Below, piece by piece: positions 29,580-39,676 of a stretch of DNA of 64,000 nt. Below the pieces are notes generated by a model. The model saw only the letters and a list, made by a program, of their open reading frames with translations. It was not told the origin of the DNA and made no database searches. Location of the stretch: contig CAVVPN010000011.1 in NCBI GenBank assembly GCA_963750165.1, positions 1,056,001-1,120,000 of the forward strand, given 5' to 3'. The translations under genes were made by a program, and so were the position numbers. Numbering within the stretch: position 1 is the stretch's first letter; the number at the start of each line of letters is the position of its first letter. This DNA comes from an uncultured Gemmataceae bacterium (lineage in GTDB: Bacteria; Planctomycetota; Planctomycetia; Gemmatales; Gemmataceae).

Positions 29580-30692
29580 CTATGGAGCCTTCCGAGGCCG
29601 TCCCTGTTCAGCCAGCGTGGGATAGTCCGTATAGCCGTGATCGTCCCCGCCGTAGAACGTCCGCACGTCCCAGGGGTTCAACGGGGCGTCGAGCCGAAAT
29701 CGCTCCACGAGGTCGGGATTGGAGATGAACGGCCTGGCATAAACAACGGCATCGGCCCGGCCTGCCGCGAGCGCCGCCTCTCCCGTTGCCTTGTTGAACC
29801 CGCCGACTGCCAACAGCGTGCCGGCGTACACCGGTCGGAGAAGGTCGATGGAGTTGAACGGCGGGGCGGTCCCCCGCCCGTAACCGCTGTCGTAGCCTAC
29901 GTGAAGATAGGCCAACCCCAGCGGGTTCAACGACCGGGCCAGGTAGGTGTATGTTTCGGCAGGGTCGTCGTCGAAGGTGTCGTTGACCGTGAAGCCGGGA
30001 GCGATCTTGATGCCGACCCGATCCGCACCCCGCACGCCACAGAGCGCCTCGATCACTTCCAGGGTAAAGCGAGTTCGCTTCTGGAGCGAGCCTCCGTAGG
30101 CGTCGCCGCGGCGGTTCGACCCCGTCACCTGAAACTGGTTGGGAAGGTAGCCGGTCGCCGCATGCAGTTCCACGCCGTCGAAGCCCGCCGTGATCGACAG
30201 CTCCGCCGCCCGGCGATATTCTTCGATGACAGAGGGGATTTCTTGCGTCTGGAGGGGGCGGGGCGTCTCGAATGGCTCTTTGCCACCGAAGGTGTGGATT
30301 TCCCCGGAGACGGCGATGGCCGAGGGCGCCACGGGAAGGGCGTGGTCCGGCAGCAGCGACGAGTGGGACACCCGCCCGGCGTGCATGAGCTGAACGAAGA
30401 TGCGGCCGCCGACGGCGTGGACGGCATCGGTCACTTTCCGCCACCCCGCCGCCTGCTCCTCGTCGTGCAGGCCGGGTGGCCAGGTGTAGCCACGCCCCAT
30501 TGGGCTGGGGTGCGTCCCCTCGGTGATGATGAGGCCCGCCGAGGTTCGCTGCGCGTAGTAGCGGACCATCCTCTCGGAAGGGACACAACCCTCACCGGCC
30601 CGGATGCGGGTCATGGGCGACATGACGATGCGGTTGGGCAGTTCCAGCGGGCCAATCTTCACCGGCGTAAACAGCCCCGGTTGCTCTCGCAT
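29580..30692 (-). CDS. Old Yellow Enzyme family alkene reductase (NemA-like)
   Basis: NRIVMSPMTR, YYAQR, GFDGVELH, N.R.D.YGGS, RPFISNPDL, GYTDYP. Confidence 0.92.
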   Translation of the reverse strand: MREQPGLFTPVKIGPLELPNRIVMSPMTRIRAGEGCVPSERMVRYYAQRTSAGLIITEGTHPSPMGRGYTWPPGLHDEEQAAGWRKVTDAVHAVGGRIFVQLMHAGRVSHSSLLPDHALPVAPSAIAVSGEIHTFGGKEPFETPRPLQTQEIPSVIEEYRRAAELSITAGFDGVELHAATGYLPNQFQVTGSNRRGDAYGGSLQKRTRFTLEVIEALCGVRGADRVGIKIAPGFTVNDTFDDDPAETYTYLARSLNPLGLAYLHVGYDSGYGRGTAPPFNSIDLLRPVYAGTLLAVGGFNKATGEAALAAGRADAVVYARPFISNPDLVERFRLDAPLNPWDVRTFYGGDDHGYTDYPTLAEQGRPRKAP

Positions 30693-30727
30693 CTCTGATC
30701 CCCTCAGATACTTCCCGGTATCACCCG

Positions 30728-31477
30728 TTACTGCGCACAGACACCACCATCCACGGGCAGCGTGTGGCCGGTGACGTAGCGGGCCTCGTCGGACAGGAGC
30801 CACACCACGGTGTCGGCGATCTCGTCCGGCTGGCCGATTCGCCCCATCGGGACGAAGGCGGCGTAACTGTGCGGGTCGCCGCCCGTCCCCTTCGCCAGGA
30901 GCGGCGTCTCCACCGGGCCGGGGCCGACCGCATTGACCCGGACGTTCTTCTTGGCGTAATCCAGCGCCGCCGCCTTGGTCATGCCGGTGACGGCGTGCTT
31001 GGTGGCGACGTACAGCGACCAGCCGGGGTAGCCGTTCAACCCGAAGATCGAGGACGTGTTGACGATGGCCCCGCCGCCCGTCCTGAGCATCTGCTCGATC
31101 TCGTACTTCATGGAATAGAAGACGCCCTTGATGTTCACGTCGAAGAGGAAGGAAGCCTGCTCGATGTCCTGCTCGTGCAGCGGCACTTGCTGGCCGTCCA
31201 TCCCGGCGTTGTTGAACGCCACGTCGAGCCTGCCGAACTCGGTCACCGCCCGCTCGACCAGCGCCTTCACGTCGCCGGGCTTGCTCACGTCCGTCTTCTG
31301 GAAAACGGCTTTGCCCCCGGACTGCCGGATCAAGCCCACGACCTCATCGCCCTTGGCGGCGTCCCGGTTGCCGATCACCACGGCGGCCCCGGCCCTCGCC
31401 ATCGCCAGGGCCGTCGCTCTGCCGATGCCGGTCCCTCCACCCGTCACGACTCCCACCCTGTCCTTCAAGTTTGCCAT
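30728..31477 (-). CDS. SDR family oxidoreductase
   Basis: TGGGTGIG, NNAG, YVATK, VNAVGPG. Confidence 0.95.
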   Translation of the reverse strand: MANLKDRVGVVTGGGTGIGRATALAMARAGAAVVIGNRDAAKGDEVVGLIRQSGGKAVFQKTDVSKPGDVKALVERAVTEFGRLDVAFNNAGMDGQQVPLHEQDIEQASFLFDVNIKGVFYSMKYEIEQMLRTGGGAIVNTSSIFGLNGYPGWSLYVATKHAVTGMTKAAALDYAKKNVRVNAVGPGPVETPLLAKGTGGDPHSYAAFVPMGRIGQPDEIADTVVWLLSDEARYVTGHTLPVDGGVCAQ

Positions 31478-31556
31478 CGCTCGTTACCCCGCTGATAGTG
31501 ATTGTTCCGTCGCCATCCCAACGCACCTCCAGGACGCACGGCGGCGATGACCGACC

Positions 31557-32284
31557 TCACTTCTTCTTCTTGCCGTAGGGGTCACCGGGGCGGTCTTCGG
31601 CTGCCTTCCTGGCCCCGGCGACCCCTTTCTCGACCCCCGCCACGGTGTCGTCGAAGAACGCAGGCCCGGCTTCGACCACCCACTCCTCCAACGTGTACGC
31701 CTTCGCCAGCCCTTCCTTCTGGAGCCTCTTGTCGGTGTCGTAGGCCAGCAGCATCCCCCGGATCACGGCGGTTTCCACGTCCCCGATTGCCAGCTTGTCA
31801 TTGCCCTGGTCACGGAGCAGCGGGGCGAACGCCACCCGCTTGACGCCGAGCTTCGCCGCCTGCCGCAGCGCCGTCCGGCCGACCCGCTCCATCGTGTCCA
31901 GCGAGAGCGACCCCTCGTCGCCGAGGCCGACCAGCAGCAACCGTTTCGGCTTGATCGTGCCCCTGGGCGGCGTGAGCAGCAACGTCTCCTGCTCGTCGCC
32001 GACGAACTCGCCCCGGTTGCGGAGCGAGGCGATAACTCCACCGAGCCGCCTGTCCAGTTCGACGGCGGCCCCGAGTGTCTTGTCGCCGCCTTTCTTGTGC
32101 TTGAAGTAGCAGACCACTTGCAGCGGCACGTCGGCGTCATACGGCCCCTGCGCCGGACGACGAGTTTCACACCGTTGGTGCCTTTGAGCACCTTGTCCAC
32201 CGGAACCTTCGTGTCGCCGGCGGGAGCGAGTCCGCACACGACCGCGGCCCACAGCGCCGCCGCAAACGGGATGATTCGATGCAT
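31557..32284 (-). CDS. Secreted protein resembling the M17 peptidase N-terminal domain; frameshift near 32150
   Basis: Signal peptide in ORF 31763-32284; GPYDADVPLQVVCYF...LD..LGG.I..LR..GEF.G...ETLLL...KRLLLVGLG in ORF 31557-32807. Confidence 0.65.
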
Positions 32285-32311
32285 GGTTCCTCCGGTGAGG
32301 TAGCACTTCCT

Positions 32312-34147
32312 TCAGTACGCCCAGCAGCCGCACTCGCTCCCCCACAGGGGCTCCTCCCCGCCCCGGCACGCCCCGAGCAGGCGGTGCAACAGGGCGTGCC
32401 ACCGGGGGTGACTCCCGGCGGCGAGTTGTCGAGCCGCCGGCGCCGACCCGTGGTAGCCCCCGTACACGCCGACCGGCGACCAGTCCGGGCGGACCGGCAA
32501 CGGCGGCGGCGAGAAGGAGGCGAACGGGTCGGCGGCGTAAACCACCTTGCCGCCCATCACCGTCAGGACCGACTCGATCCCCTTGATCCGCTCGTCGGTG
32601 ACGGCGAAGTAGTCGTCGGACAGCACAACAAGGTCGGCCAACTGGCCCGCCTTGATCGTGCCCCGCACCCCGTCCTCGTTGGAGAACCAGCCGCTCGCCT
32701 GCGTGTACAGCCGCAGCGCCTGCTCCCGGCTGAGGCGGTTCGCCTCTGGGTAAAGGGGCAGCCCGCCCACCGTCCGGCCCGTGACCAGCCAGTACAGGCA
32801 GACCCACGGGTTGTAGCTGGCGACACGGGTGGCGTCGGTCCCCGCCGACACCGGGATGCCCATCCGCAACATCTCGGCCACCGGCGGCGTGGCCTCGGCC
32901 TTCTTCGCCCCGTAGCGGTTGACGAAATACTCGCCCTGGTAGGCCATCCGGTGCTGCACGGCGATACCGCCGCCCAGCGCCTTGATCCGCTGGAGGTTGC
33001 GGGTCGTCGCCGTCTCGGCGTGGTCGAAGAACCAGTGCAGCCCGTCGAACGGTACGTCTCGGTTGACCGCCTCGAAGATGTCGAGGAAGCGGGAGATGGA
33101 CTCGTCGTAGGTAGCGTGCAGGCGGAACGGCCAGCGGTTCTCGGCCAGCAGCCGGACGACGCCGGGCAGGTCGCCTTCGAGCGTCGGCGGCAGGTCCGGG
33201 CGGGGCTCGAGGAAGTCCTCGAAGTCCGCCGCCGAGAACGTCAGCATCTCGCCCGCCCCGTTCATGCGCAGGAAGTCGCTGCCGTCACCGGGCCTGGTCA
33301 TCCCCACCCACCGGCGGAAGTCGTCGAGTTCGCCGCCGGGCTTCTGGGTGAACAGGTTGTAGGCGACCCGGACGGTCATCTCGCCCTTCTTGTGCAGCGC
33401 CTCGATGACCTGGTAATCCTCGGGGTAGTTCTGGAACCCTCCCCCGGCGTCGATCACCCCTGTCACCCCCAAGCGGTTGAGTTCCCGCATGAAGTGGCGG
33501 GTCGAGTTCTCCTGGTCCGCCGGGGCGAGCTTCGGGCCGAGCGCCAACGTCTTGTAGAGGATCAGGGCGTTCGGTTTGGCGACGAGCATTCCGGTCGGTG
33601 TGCCGGACTTGTCCCGTTCGATGGTGCCGCCGGGCGGCTCGGGCGTGTCCCTGGTGTAGCCCACGGCCCGCAGCGCCGCCCCGTTGAGCATGGCCCGGTC
33701 ATAGAGGTGGAGCACGAACACCGGGGTATCGGGCGAGGCGGCGTTGATCTCGGCCAAGGTCGGCATCCGGCGCTCAGCGAACTGGAACTCGTTCCAGCCG
33801 CCGACCACTCGCACCCACTGCGGCGGCGGCGTGCGGCGGGCCTGCTCCTTGAGCCTCCGCAGGGCGTCGGCGAGGCTTGGCACGCCGTCCCAGCGCAGCT
33901 CCATGTTGTAGTTCAGCCCGCCCCGGATCAGGTGCAGGTGCGTGTCGGTCAGGCCGGGGACGGCGGTGCGGCCTCGCAGGTCGATGGTGGTCGTGCCCGG
34001 CCCCCGAAACGGGGCCACGTCCTGGTCGCCGCCAACGGCCACGAACCGGCCGCCTCTGACGGCGACCGCCGTGCCGGTGGGGTTGGCCGGGTCGAGCGTG
34101 GTCAGCCTGCCACCGTGCAGAATGAGGTCGGCGTGGTTGATCGTCAC
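32312..34147 (-). CDS. Amidohydrolase 3 family (YtcJ/NfdA-like)
   Basis: PGLTDTHLH, RLHATYD, FDHAE, GTDA, G.I..G.LADLVVL; C-terminal CGCWAY. Confidence 0.92.
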   Translation of the reverse strand: MTINHADLILHGGRLTTLDPANPTGTAVAVRGGRFVAVGGDQDVAPFRGPGTTTIDLRGRTAVPGLTDTHLHLIRGGLNYNMELRWDGVPSLADALRRLKEQARRTPPPQWVRVVGGWNEFQFAERRMPTLAEINAASPDTPVFVLHLYDRAMLNGAALRAVGYTRDTPEPPGGTIERDKSGTPTGMLVAKPNALILYKTLALGPKLAPADQENSTRHFMRELNRLGVTGVIDAGGGFQNYPEDYQVIEALHKKGEMTVRVAYNLFTQKPGGELDDFRRWVGMTRPGDGSDFLRMNGAGEMLTFSAADFEDFLEPRPDLPPTLEGDLPGVVRLLAENRWPFRLHATYDESISRFLDIFEAVNRDVPFDGLHWFFDHAETATTRNLQRIKALGGGIAVQHRMAYQGEYFVNRYGAKKAEATPPVAEMLRMGIPVSAGTDATRVASYNPWVCLYWLVTGRTVGGLPLYPEANRLSREQALRLYTQASGWFSNEDGVRGTIKAGQLADLVVLSDDYFAVTDERIKGIESVLTVMGGKVVYAADPFASFSPPPLPVRPDWSPVGVYGGYHGSAPAARQLAAGSHPRWHALLHRLLGACRGGEEPLWGSECGCWAY

Positions 34148-34165
34148 GGGACGCCCTCCGGTGGG

Positions 34166-34795
34166 TCACTTCTTGGCGAAGGCGCTGTAGGCGGTCATCA
34201 GGTTCTTGTAAGCGGGGATGTGGCTGCCCAGGAGGGTGGCCAGCCCTTCCATGTCCCGCCGCCAGTCCCGCTGGAGTTCACAGGCGACGGCGAACCAATT
34301 GGTCATCACCGCCCCGGCCTGCTGCATCCGCATCAGGGCGGCATCCCGCACCGACTTGCTGAACGTGCCCGAGGCGTCGGCGACGACAAACACCTGATAC
34401 CCCTCCCGCAGCGCCGAGAGCGTCGGGAAGGCCACGCACACGTCCGTCACCACCCCGGCGATGACGAGTTGCTTCTTCCCGGTCTGCTTGACGGCTTTCA
34501 CGAAGTCCTCGTTGTCCCAGGCGTTGATCTGGCCGGGGCGGGGGATGAACGGGGCGTCGGGGAACATGGCCTTCAACTCGGGGAGGATGACCCCGTTGGG
34601 GCCGTTCTCGAAGCTGGTCGTGAGGATCGTCGGGAGCTTGAAGAACTTGGCGGCGGCGGCCAGGGCGAGGACGTTGTTCTTGAACTCGTCCGGGCCGTAG
34701 TCCTGGACCAGGGAGAGCAGGCCGACCTGATGATCGATGAGCAGCACGGCGGCGTCATCGAGCGACAGGGACGGCTGAACGGCGTGAGCAGGCAT
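34166..34795 (-). CDS. ycaC: Isochorismatase-family cysteine hydrolase (YcaC-like)
   Basis: LLIDHQ, TTSFENGPNG, RPGQINAWDN, GVVTDVCVAFP, ELQRDWR. Confidence 0.88.
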   Translation of the reverse strand: MPAHAVQPSLSLDDAAVLLIDHQVGLLSLVQDYGPDEFKNNVLALAAAAKFFKLPTILTTSFENGPNGVILPELKAMFPDAPFIPRPGQINAWDNEDFVKAVKQTGKKQLVIAGVVTDVCVAFPTLSALREGYQVFVVADASGTFSKSVRDAALMRMQQAGAVMTNWFAVACELQRDWRRDMEGLATLLGSHIPAYKNLMTAYSAFAKK

Positions 34796-34982
34796 GGACA
34801 CCCTCTTGAGAGTGGTCGGTGGTCTGAACCGATGGTCTTGGTCGGCGGGGGGCCCGCCTCCGGGTTCGCCCACGCCGGGTCCGGCCACGACCCTTTTCCG
34901 TTGGGCTGCCGGACGCCTGCGAGTATAGTAGACCTGTCGGTATCATTCGGCAAGAAGACACCAATGAGGTACAGAGTTTCCA

Positions 34983-35360
34983 ATGGATACCAAGTGGCCT
35001 GTTCCCGAAGGTGATGGCGACGTGTGCCCGCTGGCGGAGATGCTCGGCACGCTCGGCGGCAAGTGGAAGTGCATAATCCTGTGGTGGGTGATGGACGGCC
35101 CCCGCCGGTTCACCGAACTGCGGGGGCGGATGCCGGGGATCACGCAGAAGATGCTGACGCAGCAGTTGCGGGACCTGGAGCGGGACGGGTTCCTCAAGCG
35201 GCGGGTGTACGCCGAGGTGCCGCCACGGGTGGAGTATTCGGCGACCCCGCTGGCCCTCACCCTGCGCCCGGTGCTGCTGGCGATGCACGATTGGGCCGCC
35301 GAACACCTGTTGAAGCAGACGCCCGAGAAGCCCAGGGCCCAACGGAACAAGAAAGTGTGA
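34983..35360 (+). CDS. HxlR-family winged-helix regulator
   Basis: CP....L..LGGKWK..IL...PRRFTEL...GITQKML..QLRDLE...EVPPRVEYS; divergent from the ycaC cluster. Confidence 0.93.
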   Translation: MDTKWPVPEGDGDVCPLAEMLGTLGGKWKCIILWWVMDGPRRFTELRGRMPGITQKMLTQQLRDLERDGFLKRRVYAEVPPRVEYSATPLALTLRPVLLAMHDWAAEHLLKQTPEKPRAQRNKKV

Positions 35361-36082
35361 GGTCCACTTCGGCGGAACAGGCCGATTGAAGCGGCTCGTT
35401 TGCGGCTTGACGGACTTGAAACGATGAACGGGAAGCGGAGCGTCCTGCCCAGGTCGTTCTCCTTCTTTCGTTTCTGGTTTACCGGTGAGCAAGCTGGTTG
35501 CCTGCTTCGGTCCGACACACCGGAGTGGTTTTCCGCCGCCCCGGCACTTCCGGGTGGTGGGTTACCAATGTTGTCAGACGCCGAAGTCCTTGTAGCGTAA
35601 GGGATACCGCCAAGCGCCGAAAATCGGCGCCGAGCGCTAACCAGTTAAGACAGTGGGACTTGTGTCAGGTCGGCAACAATACTGACCCACCCACTTCCGG
35701 ACCCGGGCACGAAGTCGAGCAAGCAGTGGTCGGACCCTATTTCGCTGGCTCCGAACCGCTACCCAGCGGGTCGAGGTGTCCCGTGCCAATTCGTGCGCCA
35801 CGGACATCACCACCCGGAACCCGGATTCACTCCGGCAAGTGCCGCACCCAGACCCGAATGTACTCGCATGTCGGCGCTTGCCGGCGCACGATGTCCGACA
35901 GGTCGTGGCTGGCGCCCAGCACGATCAGCCCGAAGTCCTCCCGCGTCCAGCACCGCCCGCACCATCGCCTCCCGCCGCCGACAGGGACGCATGGGGACTG
36001 TACGCACTCGCCGGGTTCCAGCCACTCGGACCAGGATCGAGAAACCGGCCACGAGCCGTAGTCGGGTGGCGGCGGTGGACGA

Positions 36083-36210
36083 TAGAATGAACTAATGGTG
36101 GGCCCGCAGGCCCATTCCCTCCGGATAGTCCCCGGAGGCGACCAAGACTGGGGGCGCAAACGCCCATCCGAATTGTGTCCCTGTCCACACTTCCTTCAAG
36201 GAGACCGAGT
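36083..36210 (+). promoter_or_regulatory. Candidate promoter (-10 TAGAAT) and three-hairpin leader upstream of infC
   Basis: tagaat at 36083-36088; stems at 36098-36115, 36118-36138 and 36152-36165; SD aaggag at 36198-36203. Confidence 0.5.
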
Positions 36211-36804
36211 ATTCGCTATTTCGACCGTCAGCCAGCGCAGGATCGCGGCCCGCGCATGAACGAGCAGATCCGCATCAGCCCCGTCCGCCTCATCGGCGTC
36301 GAGGGGGAGCAACTGGGCATCGTGTCCACCGCACTGGCCCTGGAGAAGGCCCGGGAGGCGGGATTGGACCTGGTGGAGATGGCCGCCGACGAGCGGCCGC
36401 CGGTCTGCAAGATCCTCGACTACGGCAGGTTGCGCTTCACGAACTCGCAGAAGAACAACAAGGCCGGCAAGGTCCGCCAGCAAAAGGTGAAGGAGATGCG
36501 CCTGCGTCCCAAGACGGGCGACCACGACGTGGAGACCAAGGTCAACCAGGCGCGCAAGTTCCTCGAACACAACGACAAGGTCCAGATCACCGTCCTGTTC
36601 CGAGGCCGCGAGATGCAGCACCAGCAGGAGGGGCGGCGGGTGCTGGACTTGGTCTTGGAGAAACTGGCCGAGGTGGGCAAGGTGGAGCGCCCGCCGACGA
36701 TGGACGGGAAGAAAATGACCGCCCTAGTCATGCCCAACAAGGCGGCGGCCAAACCCAAGCCCAAGCCGGCGATGAAACCGGCGGGGGCGAAGCCGACGGT
36801 CTAA
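36211..36804 (+). CDS. infC: Translation initiation factor IF-3, probable AUU start
   Basis: NEQIR...VRLIG..GEQLG...AL..A....LDLVE...PPVCKILDYG; KEMRLRPK..HD..TK. In-frame ATT lies 7 nt after aaggag. Confidence 0.93.
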   Translation: MRYFDRQPAQDRGPRMNEQIRISPVRLIGVEGEQLGIVSTALALEKAREAGLDLVEMAADERPPVCKILDYGRLRFTNSQKNNKAGKVRQQKVKEMRLRPKTGDHDVETKVNQARKFLEHNDKVQITVLFRGREMQHQQEGRRVLDLVLEKLAEVGKVERPPTMDGKKMTALVMPNKAAAKPKPKPAMKPAGAKPTV

Positions 36805-36897
36805 CAGCGACATGCCGACGGTGCGGGGTACGGGCACTGCCCGGCCCCGGATCGTCGGGTCCCTTCGAGCCGAAGAAGTTGTAACTGCCGCCCCAGC

Positions 36898-36925
36898 AGG
36901 TAGGTATCCAGAGGTAGGTATCCAG
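36898..36925. repeat. Tandem 14-bp direct repeat; candidate integrase arm-type sites
   Basis: aggtaggtatccag occurs twice in tandem in non-coding DNA at the distal end of the integrase-bearing element. Confidence 0.55.
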
Positions 36926-36971
36926 CAACCACACCCAGCCCGCGCCCACGATGGGGGCCACGCCGCCCCCG

Positions 36972-37724
36972 TTACGCGCCGTCTACCCCGCGCCGCCGGT
37001 CGCGGAACGTCGGGATACCCAGCTTACACCGCTTCTGCATGACGGCCTGCGGCGCCCGCCCCAACATGCGGGCCACCTCCTCATCCGGCAGCGTGCCGAG
37101 CAGCGCCACCTGCTCGGCGGTCCAAAGCCGGCTCGTGGGGTTCGGGATGCGCAGCCCCTCCCGATTCTGCCGCACCGCATCCGGCGTGCGGCCGGTGCGC
37201 CTCGCCGCCTCCGAGTCGGGCAGCATGCCAAGCAGCGCCACGTCGGCCGCAGGCCAGGGGTGCTCGTGGTAGCCCGGCTCCAGGTAGTTGCCCAGCCCCA
37301 ACTCGATGCTGGTACGCCGGCGCCGCTCGCGCTCCTCCTCGGTCCACTCCCGGGCCTGCGTCGCCGCGCCGGCTGCCTCCCACACCGCCTGGTAAAGCCG
37401 GCGACTGCCCTCGGGGTCCGCCCTGGCCACGCCCAGCGCCTTGCGCCAGCGCCAGACGACGCCCTCGCTCACGCCCCACCAGTGCATGACGGCGGCGGCC
37501 GACTCGTGCCGCACGGCGCGGGCCAACTCCTCGTCGAGCAGGAGGCCGGACCCGCCGCCGGGCGAATCGACGGCGCGGCAGCGCGGCCAGGGGATGCGGG
37601 CATCGGTCCAGCTGGTGATGACCACGGTGCAATCACGGAGTAAGCAGGTGGCGCGGTCGCCCCTGTTCAGTGGCGGCGCCTGGTAGGGGCCGAACAGCAG
37701 TCGGACGCGGTCGTGCTGGGTCAC
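36972..37724 (-). CDS. Hypothetical protein with HTH-like W..ED.ALLG.LPD.E.A...GR repeats
   Basis: Two repeats (WPAADVALLGMLPDSEAARRTGR and WTAEQVALLGTLPDEEVARMLGR) plus an HTH-like WWGVS...VWRWRKALGV segment. Confidence 0.7.
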   Translation of the reverse strand: MTQHDRVRLLFGPYQAPPLNRGDRATCLLRDCTVVITSWTDARIPWPRCRAVDSPGGGSGLLLDEELARAVRHESAAAVMHWWGVSEGVVWRWRKALGVARADPEGSRRLYQAVWEAAGAATQAREWTEEERERRRRTSIELGLGNYLEPGYHEHPWPAADVALLGMLPDSEAARRTGRTPDAVRQNREGLRIPNPTSRLWTAEQVALLGTLPDEEVARMLGRAPQAVMQKRCKLGIPTFRDRRRGVDGA

Positions 37725-37776
37725 AAGCACCTCTTGGCGGCCACTGGCAACAACCGCACCACGGGAGCCGCTCTCG

Positions 37777-38184
37777 TCAACTAAGAGGAGCAATGATTCG
37801 CTCCCACTTCTCAAGGAATTCCGGCGCCTCGTACTTTGGAGGGTCGAGCCAGTACGCTTGCTTGCTGCCCACTCCGAAGGCTACCGCTCGCTCCACGACC
37901 TCCCCGCGGGCGAGGATGAAGCATTCGGGCTTGTCCTTCTGGATATGGCGGCAGACAACCAGGAAGTCCGCGATGAGCGTTGCGAGGTTCTTCCCCAGCC
38001 CCACGGGGTTGCGCTTCGAGAGGGCTTTCACCTGGACGGTGATTGTCGCCGTTGCGTCCTGGTTGTAGGCGACGATGTCCACGCCACGAGCGTTTCTTGA
38101 CGTGGGCATGACGTTCCAGCCGAGCCGCGACAGCCGGTAACAGACGTAGTACAAACCGATATTGCCGACGGTCTGGTGGTTCAC
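37777..38184 (-). CDS. Small PD-(D/E)XK-type endonuclease
   Basis: G.IG...V...L...GWNV.......GVDIVA.......VQVKA. Confidence 0.75.
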   Translation of the reverse strand: MNHQTVGNIGLYYVCYRLSRLGWNVMPTSRNARGVDIVAYNQDATATITVQVKALSKRNPVGLGKNLATLIADFLVVCRHIQKDKPECFILARGEVVERAVAFGVGSKQAYWLDPPKYEAPEFLEKWERIIAPLS

Positions 38185-38187
38185 GGG

Positions 38188-38403
38188 TCAAACTCTCCTC
38201 GTCGGGCCGTGGGTGGCCGCCTGCAGGCAGGTCAGCCGCCACGCCCGCGCCTGCGTCGGCGCCGTGGCCAGGATGCGGACCCCCGGGCAGTGCGCCTCGA
38301 CCGTCCAGCTTCTGGCGCCCCCAAACTCGCCCAGCGACCAGCCGGCGCGGTGTAGACGGTCGCGGTATTCATGTAGAAAGTGGCGGCTGAAACTACGCGA
38401 CAC
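38188..38403 (-). CDS. Small hypothetical protein
   Basis: Fills the gap within the co-oriented run; reads RDRLHRAGWSLGE...W.V.....I.A...TQARAW. The start is uncertain. Confidence 0.5.
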   Translation of the reverse strand: MSRSFSRHFLHEYRDRLHRAGWSLGEFGGARSWTVEAHCPGVRILATAPTQARAWRLTCLQAATHGPTRRV

Positions 38404-38408
38404 CCCAG

Positions 38409-39557
38409 TCAGCTGTGGTCCCCTGGTTCGGCGGGCACTTTGTCCCAGAACGTCTCCTTCACCCGATCGATGAGGCAGAACACATGCCCAGGATCGTCCT
38501 GCCTGGTGCGGCCACTCAGCCCGCTCACCCATCGGTCGGGGATGCTCCCTTTCCCGTGCAACGCGCCCAGGATCGCACCTACAATCGCGGCGATCGTGTC
38601 GTTGTCGCGGGTATCGAGGACCGAAACCCTAACCGCCTCCTCGAAACTGTTGCCATGCTTCATGAGCACAAACAAAACTGACGGAAGCGTTTCAAACAGA
38701 TGCGGCCCCGACCCCCACCCGCCACCGTGGGGGCTGCACACGTCCCGCACGGATCGGCCCGCCGCGAATGCCCGCTTAACGTGCCCGTTGACGAAGTCTG
38801 CGAACTGCCCGTTGAACCCGGTGAGGAGTGGTCGCGGGTCCGACTCTGGGGGACACACCGCCCGATCACAGAGTTGCGAGAAGACGCGCAGGAACTCGTC
38901 GGCCCACCACTCCGCAGGCGGCGGCGCAGTCATCCCCAGACACTGCCACATCAGGTTGACGAGCGCGATGCAGGCAGCTGTCGAGACGGAACTGTTGTGC
39001 GTGATGCGCCCGCAAAGAGCCGCGTCAATCCAGAGGTCTGCCGACGGGGATCGTAGGTAGGGGCTGATAATGGGCGCGATCCTCATGACCGCGCCGTTGC
39101 GGATCGGTTCGGGGACTCGCGTGGCCCACTCCCACCACGGCCCACTCGGTCTGGACTTGGCGTTCTCGCGGAACAGTCGCACGATTCTGCCAATGCCGGT
39201 GATGTGCTCCTTCGGGTCAGCGAAAGTACGTGCGACGTTGGCGGGCTGGAACTGGCTGTCGCGGAGAATGACCTCCAGAGCCCAAAAGGACAGCTGCGTG
39301 TCGTCGGATGGGCCGTTCTCACCAGGCAGGTAGTTGAGTGGGGTCGGATACCGGGACCGATACTCCCAGCCACGGACTCCTTCCGTCGGCAAGCCGAGCG
39401 CGTCCCCGATGGCAATGCCGAGCAGCATCCCCTCAACCTTGCTCCAAGTCGCGGTTGCCGGCAGCGGCTGCGGAGTCTCCTGCAAAATGGGGCCGTCGAG
39501 CAAATCGAGCAGGCTCTGTGCGCGAAGGGTGTTGAAGAGATCGCGATTGGCAGACAT
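38409..39557 (-). CDS. ADP-ribosylglycohydrolase (DraG/ARH family)
   Basis: G.AIGDALG, SDDTQ, NGAVMRIAP, THN, DNDTIAAIVGA. Confidence 0.9.
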   Translation of the reverse strand: MSANRDLFNTLRAQSLLDLLDGPILQETPQPLPATATWSKVEGMLLGIAIGDALGLPTEGVRGWEYRSRYPTPLNYLPGENGPSDDTQLSFWALEVILRDSQFQPANVARTFADPKEHITGIGRIVRLFRENAKSRPSGPWWEWATRVPEPIRNGAVMRIAPIISPYLRSPSADLWIDAALCGRITHNSSVSTAACIALVNLMWQCLGMTAPPPAEWWADEFLRVFSQLCDRAVCPPESDPRPLLTGFNGQFADFVNGHVKRAFAAGRSVRDVCSPHGGGWGSGPHLFETLPSVLFVLMKHGNSFEEAVRVSVLDTRDNDTIAAIVGAILGALHGKGSIPDRWVSGLSGRTRQDDPGHVFCLIDRVKETFWDKVPAEPGDHS

Positions 39558-39676
39558 CCTGAAAACCTCCACGACTCACCCCCGTTGTCCCCTCATCAAC
39601 CACATCCTGGCGGTTGCCGAGGTCGCCGGCCCCCGCCACAGGGAAGACCAGGACAACATCAGCGACATGCTCCCGA

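Noticed and set aside
35827..35990. Possible gene fragment (REAMVRAVLD / LIVLGASHDLSDIVRR...CEYIRV*) on the minus strand
   Set aside because: It looks protein-like but is frameshifted, and I cannot assign a family with confidence.
35400..36980. tRNA or tmRNA integration target near the element boundary
   Set aside because: No cloverleaf, or GTTCGA T-loop with an acceptor stem, could be found.
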